Below are positions 1 through 10,985 of a stretch of DNA of 64,000 nucleotides, in pieces. Positions within the stretch are counted from its first letter, which is position 1. Each line of letters opens with the position of its first letter. A program made the position numbers and the translations under genes. Source of the DNA: Candidatus Moraniibacteriota bacterium (lineage in GTDB: Bacteria > Patescibacteriota > Minisyncoccia > Moranbacterales > UBA2206); contig CAVZKT010000002.1 of NCBI GenBank assembly GCA_963775955.1, forward strand, positions 160,474 through 224,473. Direction: 5' to 3'. Under the pieces are notes generated by a model. The model saw nothing but the letters and a program-made list of their open reading frames with translations, was not told the origin of the DNA and ran no database searches.

Positions 1-1365
<1,365 letters not shown>

Positions 1366-1387
1366 ATTACTCTCTTAAATTTGAATC

Positions 1388-1470
1388 ATGTAGCATGTAA
1401 CATAGAACATGTAACATTTATTTTTTATAATTTGTTACATGCTATATGCTATGTGTTATGTGAACACAGT
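1388..1470. repeat. Long imperfect inverted repeat of CATGTAACAT-like units in the 23S-5S spacer
   Basis: catgtagcatgtaacatagaacatgtaacat ... tgttacatgctatatgctatgtgttatgtg. A related motif occurs at 30930-30960 and inside prmC. Confidence 0.6.
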
Positions 1471-1562
1471 TAGCAGTCAATAATTTCTAAGACGTTGCAA
1501 ATAAATGAGGATAATACGGATCCCATTTTTCATCCCGCACCTTTCTTTCTTAAATATATTAT

Positions 1563-1680
1563 TCTTGGTATCTCTTGCGAAATGGCAACACCTGATTCCA
1601 TTCCGAACTCAGTCGTTAAGCATTTCAGCACCGATGATATCCCCCGCTAAGCGGGGGGAAAAGTAGGCCGGTGCCAAGAA
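1563..1680 (+). rRNA. rrf: 5S rRNA
   Basis: Terminal helix cttggt...gccaag; conserved CCGAACUCAG...GUUAAGC loop; GC hairpin ccccgcuaagcgggg. Confidence 0.8.
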
Positions 1681-1755
1681 TTATGTATTTAAGAAAGGTG
1701 AAAAGGCCGAATTAAGGCTCTTTTTTATTTTTCCAAATCGTGCTAAAATACGACC

Positions 1756-2649
1756 ATGGACCCTGTTAGAGTTTTTGCTGAATTCGAAACGGGGTTGCGG
1801 ATAATTTTTAACTCTAACGGGGTGGAAAAGCGGGATAAAAAAAGAGTGTTTGTCATCGCTGTTTATGCAGTGATTTTTATAGGTGTATTTTTTTTGATTT
1901 ATCAATGGCGAAAACCGGCGCCGAATTGCTTTGATGGAAAACAAAATCAAAATGAACAGGGGGCTGACTGTGGGGGCGTTTGCGCCAAGAAATGTCCGGT
2001 GGTTGCCAAGGAGAATTTGATTGTCCGGCAAACCGGCTATGTGGAAAGCGGCATCGCCGGCAGTTATGACATTTACGCGGAAGTTGCCAATCCGAACAGT
2101 TTGGTGGGCAGTGATAGATTTAATTATAAGTTCGTTGTTAAAAATTCAACCGGTGAAACAATAGCAGAGCCAGCCGGCACCAGTTTCATCCTTCCCGCCG
2201 ACAAAAAATATATTATCGAAACTAATGCGGTGCTGAAAGATATTCCGGCGAGCGTTGAGCTTGGCGTCAGTGATCCGCAGTGGATAGAGACGAATGACGC
2301 ATATGAAAAACCGGAACTGAAGGTTGTAAGCAAGAATTACAACGAGATAACCTCCGGTGTCGGCTTCAGTGAAGCAACAGGACTTTTGAAAAATGAAAGT
2401 CCTTTCAGTTTCAGCTCCTTAAATCTGCGGATTATTCTTGAAAACAAAGATGGAAAAATAGTGGCGCTTAATTCAACCCAGATGAATACCGTCCAGGCCG
2501 GAGAAAACAGGGACTTCCGCGTCAATTGGCCGAGCAAATTTGCCGGTTCGGTTAGCAAAATGGACGTTCAAATAGAAGTAAATGTTTTTGATTCGGAAGC
2601 TTTTTTCAAAAAATATTTCAAGCCGGAAAAATTTCAACAGTATCGGTAG
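1756..2649 (+). CDS. hypothetical membrane-anchored/secreted protein (N-terminal TM helix, Cys-rich CGGVCAKKCP segment)
   Basis: 297-aa ORF; hydrophobic segment FVIAVYAVIFIGVFFLIY. No recognisable family. Confidence 0.5.
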   Translation: MDPVRVFAEFETGLRIIFNSNGVEKRDKKRVFVIAVYAVIFIGVFFLIYQWRKPAPNCFDGKQNQNEQGADCGGVCAKKCPVVAKENLIVRQTGYVESGIAGSYDIYAEVANPNSLVGSDRFNYKFVVKNSTGETIAEPAGTSFILPADKKYIIETNAVLKDIPASVELGVSDPQWIETNDAYEKPELKVVSKNYNEITSGVGFSEATGLLKNESPFSFSSLNLRIILENKDGKIVALNSTQMNTVQAGENRDFRVNWPSKFAGSVSKMDVQIEVNVFDSEAFFKKYFKPEKFQQYR

Positions 2650-2732
2650 TTAGTTATTAGTTTGTGGTTTTTAGTTTTTAGAAATTTCCGATTTTTTCAA
2701 GAACCAGGAGCTACAAGCCAAGAACTTTTATT

Positions 2733-3824
2733 ATGCTTAAAAACTTTTTAAAACTGGACTGGGTTTTGGGCGCGGCAATCGCGCTGCTTTTAGGTGTGGG
2801 AATTCTGGCTCTTTATAGCGTTTCCTTTCTTGAAAACGCTTTAGTGACAGATCATTTTTATCGCCAGTTGGCGTCTATCCTTCTGGGAATTATTCTGATG
2901 CTGATTTTTTCATTTTTTGATTACCGGGCATTGAGTCCATACAGCACAAAATTATATTTTGCGATGATTGCCATTTTGTTTTTGGTGCTGATTTTTGGCG
3001 CGACTGTGCGGGGCACGACAGGCTGGATCGGAAGCGGTAATTTTCATATTCAGCCTGTAGAGGCAGCAAAAATAATTATGATTATTTTTTTAGCCAGTTT
3101 TCTTTCCAAAAAGAAAACAAAACTTAGCGAAACCGCAAAAATTGCCGTTTCGGTACTACTTGTCTTCATTCCGGTATTTTTGATTCTCAGGCAGCCGGAT
3201 TTTGGCTCAGCGGCGGTAGTAGCGGGCATTTGGGGCGGAATGCTTTTTGTTTCTGAAATCAGTAAAAAAAATATACTTCTGCTTTTTTTGGCCATTGCCA
3301 TCGTTGCCGGAGGAAGTTATTTTTTTCTGAAGGATTATCAAAAAGAAAGACTTTATAATTTTGTAAACCCAAGCAATGATCCCCTGGGAAGCGGATATAA
3401 TGTGGCGCAGTCTATGGTAGCTGTTGGATCGGGCGGAATATTCGGCAAAGGGCTGGGCCACGGTCCTCAATCGCAGCTGAATTTTCTCCCGGAAAAACAC
3501 ACCGATTTTATTTTCGCGGCTATTGCAGAGGAGCTGGGTCTTTTAGGATCGCTTTTCGTAATTTTTCTTTTTGGCGTTCTTCTTTACAGGATAAAAAAAA
3601 CGGCGCGCTTGGCCCGCGATAATTTCGGCTATTTGCTGGCGGTCGGAGTGATGATTATGTTTTTTTTGCAAATATTGATTAATATCGGAATGAATATGGG
3701 GCTTAATCCAGTGGCTGGAGTCCCGCTGCCCCTTTTAAGCTACGGAGGAAGTTCAATCGTAGCCGTTTTAGTTGGCTTGGGCATTGTTCAAAGCGTTTAT
3801 CTGCGAGGGATAAAGAGGGGTTGA
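2733..3824 (+). CDS. SEDS-family peptidoglycan glycosyltransferase (RodA/FtsW-like; likely RodA because it is not in the dcw cluster)
   Basis: 363 aa, polytopic. Shows the GKGLGHGPQSQLNFLPEKHTDFIFAAIAEELG and PLPLLSYGGSS motifs typical of FtsW/RodA. Confidence 0.85.
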   Translation: MLKNFLKLDWVLGAAIALLLGVGILALYSVSFLENALVTDHFYRQLASILLGIILMLIFSFFDYRALSPYSTKLYFAMIAILFLVLIFGATVRGTTGWIGSGNFHIQPVEAAKIIMIIFLASFLSKKKTKLSETAKIAVSVLLVFIPVFLILRQPDFGSAAVVAGIWGGMLFVSEISKKNILLLFLAIAIVAGGSYFFLKDYQKERLYNFVNPSNDPLGSGYNVAQSMVAVGSGGIFGKGLGHGPQSQLNFLPEKHTDFIFAAIAEELGLLGSLFVIFLFGVLLYRIKKTARLARDNFGYLLAVGVMIMFFLQILINIGMNMGLNPVAGVPLPLLSYGGSSIVAVLVGLGIVQSVYLRGIKRG

Positions 3825-3939
3825 CCCCATTAGAAATTTATCGACGGCTTTATTTTTACGGACACGCGCAAGCGAAGCGGCTTCACCTTTAAATTTCGTT
3901 ATTAGTAGGTATTTTCTGAAACTTCTAACGGGGTTGACC
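3819..3939. mobile_element. Family A miniature inverted-repeat element, copy A1 (TIR GGTTGACCCCATTAGAAATTT / AAACTTCTAACGGGGTTGACC)
   Basis: Terminal inverted repeats ~20 nt. Internal conserved core cgcgcaagcgaagcggcttc shared with copy A2. The right end provides TTGACC. Confidence 0.65.
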
Positions 3940-3962
3940 AAAATATTTAACTATGATAAAAT
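3934..3962 (+). promoter_or_regulatory. sigma70-like promoter (TTGACC-17-TAAAAT) contributed by the element A1 terminus; transcript nearly leaderless for the 3971 ORF
   Basis: TTGACC 3934-3939; 17-nt spacer; TAAAAT 3957-3962; ATG at 3971. Confidence 0.5.
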
Positions 3963-3970
3963 TCTAAAAC

Positions 3971-4306
3971 ATGGCAAAAAATAAAAATGGAAACTTAGAC
4001 TTTCTGTTAAGATGCTCCTTCTGCGGAAACGGGCTTGAGCAAAATGAGCTGACGATACTGGAAAAGCAGGATCACAAAACCATACTGCACGTTTCCTGTT
4101 CACGATGCGGGACATCCTCAATTTCAATTTTGTCCAGCAATCAGGCCGGCATCATAAGTTTGGGAATGGCAACAGACTTGGACAAGGATGAGGTCAAAAG
4201 TAAATTTTCAAAAAACACAATCAGCGCCGATGAGGTTATTGATGCGCATGAATTTATTGAGAGCAAGCGGGGAAACCTGATGGAATTGATAAAAAATAAC
4301 AAGTGA
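3971..4306 (+). CDS. hypothetical zinc-ribbon protein (CxxC...CxxC)
   Basis: 111 aa; CSFCGNG ... CSRCG. Stop overlaps the next start (ATGA-like tight coupling with rplY). Confidence 0.5.
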   Translation: MAKNKNGNLDFLLRCSFCGNGLEQNELTILEKQDHKTILHVSCSRCGTSSISILSSNQAGIISLGMATDLDKDEVKSKFSKNTISADEVIDAHEFIESKRGNLMELIKNNK

Positions 4307-5022
4307 AATGCAAAACAATGGAAAAAATAAGGTTAAAGGCAAAGCTAAGGGAGGAAAGAGGAAAAAAAGTGAACAAGGGAAGGAAAAGCGGGCTCATTCC
4401 GGCGGTTACTTATGGAAAAAGCGCCGAGTCGCAAAGCCTGTGGATTGATAATTTGGATTTTAGCCGGTTGATAAAAAAACACGGAGAAAGCGTTATCATA
4501 GATTTAAGCATCGGTGAAAAGAGCGGCCATAATGTCCTGATTCATGAGATGCAGCAAAATCCGATAAGCGGAAACATTTCCCACATCGATTTTTATCAAG
4601 TGAAAATGGATGAAAAAATTGAAACTGAAGTAGAGCTGGTTTTTGTCGGTGAGTCTCCGGCTGTCAAGGAATTGGGGGGAGTTTTGGTAAAAAGTCTGGA
4701 CAAAATTGAAATTTCCTGCTTGCCGGCTGATTTGCCTTCCAGCATAGAAGTAGACATTGCCGATATTAAAACTTTTGAAGATCATATTTATGTGAAAGAC
4801 TTGAATATTCCCAAAGAGGTTGAGATTAAAGACGATCCGGAAACAGTGGTAGCTCTGGTCACTCCTCCGCGATCCGAAGAAGAACTTAGCGAGCTGGAAG
4901 AAAAAGTAGTGGAAGATGTGACGGAAGTTGAGGGAGTAGTAAAAGAAGAGCCGGTTGCCGCGGAAGAAGAAAAGTCCTCCAAAGCGGATAAACCTGTCCG
5001 GCCAGGGGAGAAAAAAGAATAG
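4303..5022 (+). CDS. rplY: 50S ribosomal protein L25 / general stress protein Ctc (bL25) with acidic C-terminal tail
   Basis: N-terminal region LKAKLREERGKKVNKGRKSGLIPAVTYGK...SQSLWID is typical of L25/Ctc. Long E-rich C-terminus. Confidence 0.8.
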   Translation: MKCKTMEKIRLKAKLREERGKKVNKGRKSGLIPAVTYGKSAESQSLWIDNLDFSRLIKKHGESVIIDLSIGEKSGHNVLIHEMQQNPISGNISHIDFYQVKMDEKIETEVELVFVGESPAVKELGGVLVKSLDKIEISCLPADLPSSIEVDIADIKTFEDHIYVKDLNIPKEVEIKDDPETVVALVTPPRSEEELSELEEKVVEDVTEVEGVVKEEPVAAEEEKSSKADKPVRPGEKKE

Positions 5023-5085
5023 CATTTCCTTAAAAAATCCTTCTTCTAAAGGATTTTTTAATCTTTTAATACGAGCCAGACTGGA

Positions 5086-6315
5086 ATGTGGTATAATATG
5101 ACCATGAGAAATGTGAAGAAAAAGGCATTGCTGATTTTTTTAGTTGCGCTATTTGCAGGCGCGAACTTTTTTAGCTATGGCAATTTTCAGGCTAAGGCTG
5201 ACACGGCGGAAGAAATTCAAAATCATCTGGATGATTTGCTGAAGAAGCAAAAAGCAGCCGAGGCTGAATTGGCAACCGAGCAGTCCAAGCTGTATAAAAA
5301 TCAGGCGCAAATCAACGCCACGCAGGCGCTGGTTAAGCAGATTAAGGATGAAATAGCCAGGCGGGAAGAAGAATTAAAAAATCTTGAAGATAGGGCCCGG
5401 CTGAACAAAACAATGCTGGCGGAATATATCAGGCAGCTTTATTATGCCAATCAGGAAAACGATCCGCTTATCAGCCTGGCTATGTTTCAAGGGAATCTAA
5501 GCGATATGGTTTTGAATTTTGATAGCACGGTTAGGATAAAAGAAAAAATAATGGACGCGCTGCAAATAATCAATGACGCAAAAACCGAAAACGAAAAAGC
5601 CAAAAATGCTCTGGCAAGCCAGCAACAGGATCGTCAGCAAGTTCTTGCGTCGCAACAGGTTCAGCAAAACCAGATAGCAGGCGAGGTGCAAGAAAAGAAG
5701 GCAAGTGTTGCGGAAATCCAGCAGAAAATTTCAAAATTAAGAAGCACACTGGCGTCTTTTTTAGGTAAATCAATAAGCATGGATGACGTTATTGAGGCAG
5801 TTAAATATGCCGATAAAAAAACGGGTGTTAGAAAAGAATTTTTATTTGCCATGCTTGATAAAGAAAGTGACCTTGGAAGATTTACGGGAGGGTGCACATA
5901 TAAAAACAGCAAAATGGGTGACTATAATGAAAAAATATTCAAAAACATTTGTGGTGAGCTTGGATATGATTATAAAAAAATGAAAGTCTCCTGTCCTCTT
6001 AGCTATGGAATCGGGGGCGCTATGGGTGTGGCGCAGTTTATGCCTAGCACTTGGGGTGATCCAGATGGAAGTCCAGTCGGATGGATCCCAAGAATTAGAT
6101 CAGCTACGGGCCACAATCCTCCAGACCCATGGAATCTAAAAGATGGAATCATGGGAATGGCATTAAAGTTGAAAGCGGCCGGAGCTGATAGCAGAAGCAA
6201 GGAACATTATGCCGCCTCGGTATATTATTGTGGCAGTAATTTGTCAAGGGCTGTGTGCCAAAATTATGCCGATTCAGTCATTAGCTGGTCAAAGGGTTAC
6301 GACGATTATTTTTAA
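5086..6315 (+). CDS. secreted coiled-coil protein with C-terminal lytic transglycosylase (MltB/SLT-like) domain
   Basis: Signal/TM at N-terminus; Q/E-rich coiled coil; C-terminal GIGGAMGVAQFMPSTW motif characteristic of MltB-type lytic murein transglycosylases. Confidence 0.6.
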   Translation: MWYNMTMRNVKKKALLIFLVALFAGANFFSYGNFQAKADTAEEIQNHLDDLLKKQKAAEAELATEQSKLYKNQAQINATQALVKQIKDEIARREEELKNLEDRARLNKTMLAEYIRQLYYANQENDPLISLAMFQGNLSDMVLNFDSTVRIKEKIMDALQIINDAKTENEKAKNALASQQQDRQQVLASQQVQQNQIAGEVQEKKASVAEIQQKISKLRSTLASFLGKSISMDDVIEAVKYADKKTGVRKEFLFAMLDKESDLGRFTGGCTYKNSKMGDYNEKIFKNICGELGYDYKKMKVSCPLSYGIGGAMGVAQFMPSTWGDPDGSPVGWIPRIRSATGHNPPDPWNLKDGIMGMALKLKAAGADSRSKEHYAASVYYCGSNLSRAVCQNYADSVISWSKGYDDYF

Positions 6316-6438
6316 TTTGACCCCGTACGAAGTTCGTTGATAATTTTATTTTTATAAACACGTGCAAGCGAAGCGGCTTCGCTTTAAATCCTCATATTAG
6401 AAATTATTTTCTGAAACTTCTAACGGGGTTGACAAAAG
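6314..6438. mobile_element. Family A miniature inverted-repeat element, copy A2
   Basis: TIRs TTGACCCCGTACGAAGTT / AACTTCTAACGGGGTTGACA. Internal core acgtgcaagcgaagcggcttcgc is near-identical to A1. Confidence 0.65.
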
Positions 6439-6456
6439 CATGAAAAGAGAGTATAA
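6428..6456 (+). promoter_or_regulatory. consensus sigma70 promoter TTGACA-17-TATAAT (partly within the element A2 terminus)
   Basis: TTGACA 6428-6433; 17-nt spacer; TATAAT 6451-6456. Near-identical to the promoter at 25228-25256. Confidence 0.7.
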
Positions 6457-6462
6457 TTAAAA

Positions 6463-6614
6463 ACAGGACGGGTGAATGCCCGTTTTTATCGTTTGAAAAA
6501 TAAAAACAAAAAAATGCGGCCGAAAGGCCTAAAAAATTAAAGGCAAGATTCCTTGCTTTATCCTTAGTGAATAAGGAAAATAATGCAAAAAACCTGATTT
6601 TTCAGGTTTTTTTG
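6463..6614 (+). ncRNA. candidate ~150-nt small RNA or riboswitch-like leader (promoter to intrinsic terminator) upstream of murA
   Basis: Starts about 7 nt after the -10. Hairpins acgggugaaugcccgu, ggccgaaaggcc (GAAA tetraloop), uccuuagugaauaagga. Ends with aaccugauuuuucagguu + U7 (6589-6614). A separate TTGAAT-18-TATACT promoter follows before murA. No ORF. Confidence 0.45.
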
Positions 6615-6668
6615 TTTTTCGCAAAAGCGGGGTTGAATTATTTTCGAGATTTAAAATATACTAGTACT

Positions 6669-7936
<1,268 letters not shown>

Positions 7937-7974
7937 AGTCCATCAAGTCCATCAAGTTCATAAAGTTAAAAGTT

Positions 7975-8419
7975 GTGAGAAAGAAAAAAGCCGGGGAAAA
8001 ATACATAGGAGTCGGAGGGGGAATTTTAATTTTCAATAAAAAAGGAGAGGTTTTATTGATGAAGCGAGGCAAAAATTCCAGCAATGAGATAGGCTGGTGG
8101 AACTCAGCCAGGAGGGACCATTGAATTTGGAGAAAAAGCGGTGGAAGGACTTAAAAGAGAAATAAAAGAGGAGTTGAATATAAATGTTAAAATCTGGGGC
8201 TATGCTCCGCATGTGGATCATATTATTAAAAGAGAAAAACAGCACTGGATCGCGATTATTTTTTTAGCGGATCTAAAGAGCGAGACGCCGAAAATTATGG
8301 AACCGCATAAATGCGATGAAATAAAATGGTTCGATTTAAAAAAATTACCAAAAAAATTGACGCAATCAACAAGAGAGCCAATTGAAAATTATTTAAAAGG
8401 AAAATATATTAAATTGTAA
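7975..8419 (+). CDS. NUDIX hydrolase (probable GTG start), one frameshift near 8100
   Basis: GVGGGILIFNKKGEVLLMKRGKN...IGWW then PGGTIEFGEKAVEGLKREIKEELN (Nudix box GX5EX7REUXEEXGU) in the +1 frame. Confidence 0.6.
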
Positions 8420-8423
8420 TTTT

Positions 8424-9433
8424 ATGCCTTTATTTGTGCGGAAAATTGGAATTGATCTAGGAACAGCAAATACGCTGGTTTTTGTGCCAGGCAAAGGAGT
8501 GGTGGTGAACGAGCCGTCGGTGGTGGCGATTTCGATTTTGGATAATAAGGTTTTGGCGGTGGGAAATGATGCTAAGGAAATGCTCGGGCGCACGCCGGAT
8601 ACGATTGTGGCCAGCCGGCCAATGAAAGACGGAGTCATTGCCGATTACCGCATCACAGAAGCCATGCTTAAATATTTTATCAATAAGGTCAGCGGAAAAA
8701 TCCGCTTGATACGTCCGGAAATCATGATTTCCATTCCGGCGGGAGTAACTTCCACGGAAAGAAGAGCGGTGATTGACGCGGCGGTGCGCGCGGGAGCCAA
8801 GGCCGCTTATGTGGTCAAGGAACCGGTGTTGGCGGCCATCGGCGCCGGCATTCCGATTAATTCTCCAGCGGGAAATATGATAATTGACATTGGCGGAGGA
8901 ACTTCGGAAGTCGCGATCATATCTCTGGGCGGAATTGTGGCGGCGCACAGCGCGCGGGTGGGCGGAAATAAGCTGGATCAGGCGATTTCCGACTACATCA
9001 AAAGAAAACACGGCTTGGCAATTGGGGAAAGGACGGCCGAAGAAATAAAAATCAAAATCGGCTCAGCCATTGCCCAAGTGAAAGAAGAATATATGGAAGT
9101 GCGGGGTCGCGATCTTACCGGCGGTTTGCCGAAGACGGTAAAAATTTCTTCCAACGAAATCACAGAAGCGCTGCAGGATGAGCTGCGCGAAATTATCAAT
9201 ACCATCAAAAAGGTTTTGCAGGATACTCCGCCGGAGCTGGCCGCGGATGTTATGGACAAGGGCATGGTGCTTTCCGGAGGCGGGGCGCTTCTGCGCCACA
9301 TTGACCAGTTGATTACCAAGACAATCGAGGTGCCGTGTTATGTGGCGGATGATCCGCTTTATCTGCGTTATTAAAGGCATTGGGATCGCTCTTGGATAAT
9401 TTGGACGTGTATAAGGACGATAATGCTAACTAA
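8424..9433 (+). CDS. mreB: rod-shape determining protein MreB; C-terminal 25 codons in shifted frames (two indels ~9352 and ~9395)
   Basis: IGIDLGTANTLVFV...DGVIADY...IIDIGGGTSEVAIISLGG, typical actin-like MreB. The conserved tail CVIKGIGIAL/DNLDVYKDDNAN is only found by frame switching. Confidence 0.85.
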
Positions 9434-9461
9434 TGCGTAAGTAGACTTATCGTAAAAATAA

Positions 9462-10640
9462 TGGATGAACGTTCCAGATTGGCAGTTATGCGATAGGCAT
9501 TGACGTCCGTGCGTTTTTAAAACAGCGAACGGGAGTGGAGGAATATTCTTATCAAGTTATAAAACACCTGACGAATAAATTAAATAATGCTCAGGTGGTT
9601 TTGTATTTGCGCAAAAAATCAAACAGTAGATATTACGAATTACCGGAAAATTGGAAAATAAAAATAATCAAATGGCCATATTTATGGACACAAATTGGGT
9701 TGTAAGCTTGGAAATGTTTTTTCATCCAGTGGATGCTTTGTTTATTCCGGCGCATACGGTGCCGATGATTCATCCAAACAATACAATCGTGACAATCCAT
9801 GGTTTGGAATATGAATTTTGTCCCGAAGGCATATTCTTTTTGGGCGAGGCTGTATATGCGCTGGTCTATTAAAAATTCCTGCCGGTGGGCGAAGACGATC
9901 ATAGCCGTATCTAATAATACTAAAAAAGATTTGATGAGATTGTATAAAGTGCCGGAGGAGAAGATCAAGGTGATTTATGAAGGATATGACGCTGATGCGA
10001 AATCCCAAATCCCAAATCCCAAATCCAAAATAAATCCCAAATTACAAATCCAAAATTCAAAATTTTTACTATTCGTTGGTCGTCTCGAAGAGCGCAAAAA
10101 TATTGCTGGCATTATTAAAACTTTTGAAATTTTAAAAGAACAGTATAAATTACCGCATAAATTAATTTTGGCCGGATAAGTTCGGATATGGCACGAGAAA
10201 AAATAGAGGCTTCTATAGAGGATTCTAATTTCAGAAAAGATATTATTTTACCGGGATATATAACTGACGAATGAAAAATGGGAACTTTTAAAAAACGCGG
10301 ATGTATTTTTATTTCCGACATTCTATGAAGGTTTTGGCATTCCGATTTTGGAAGCGCAAAGCGTGGGCGTGCCAGTGGTGGCAGGAATAATTCTTCTATT
10401 CCGGAAGTTGTGAAACGTGTTTCTAAAACCGAGTTTTCAAATTCTCTAAAACTCGGTTTTAGAACAGTGACGAAAATTCCGCGATTTTAGTTAATCCAAT
10501 GAATGCCGAAGAGATAGCCGATGCCGCCTATAAACTGATTTCGGACAAAGCCTTGAGAGATGATATAATAAAGAAAGGCTATGAGAATGTGAAAGATTTA
10601 GTTGGGAAAAATGCGCAGAGGAAATCGCTGAAATTTTGAC
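9462..10640 (+). pseudogene. degraded family-4 glycosyltransferase paralogue (at least 5 frame disruptions/stops) containing an AAATCCC-type microsatellite
   Basis: GT4-like pieces in three frames: IGIDVRAFLKQRTGVEEY; DTNWVVSLEMFFHPVDALFIPAHTVPM; KFLLFVGRLEERKNI; EGFGIPILEAQSVGVPVVAG. Microsatellite aaatcccaaatcccaaatccaaaataaatcccaaattacaaatccaaaattcaaaa at 9999-10062. Confidence 0.6.
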
Positions 10641-10696
10641 AAAATAAAAAGGGCAGATTAACGAACCTGCCTTTGTGGGTTGCTTTACTGCGGGTA

Positions 10697-10921
10697 TTAT
10701 TTTGTGGTTTTCCATGCAATTCGTTTTAGGACATTGGCAAATTCGCCTGCCTTACTGGATGGGATGAATATTTCTCCGTTTAACAAGGTGCTCTTTTCTA
10801 ATTCATCCGTTCTATTCTCTTCCTGACTTATTTCTACCTTATCAACGATGAAGCCGGCTTTTTCTAAAATACTAACCTGTTTGCTTGTTGCATTATCAAA
10901 CTTAACAATAAGTTGTAACAT
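10697..10921 (-). CDS. hypothetical small protein (74 aa)
   Basis: Strong RBS AAGGAGG 7 nt upstream of the ATG on the minus strand. No family recognised. Confidence 0.5.
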   Translation of the reverse strand: MLQLIVKFDNATSKQVSILEKAGFIVDKVEISQEENRTDELEKSTLLNGEIFIPSSKAGEFANVLKRIAWKTTK

Positions 10922-10985
10922 AGCAAGCCTCCTTTTTTGGAACTATAATTAACCCATTAGGATTTCAATCAAGTATAGCATATAC

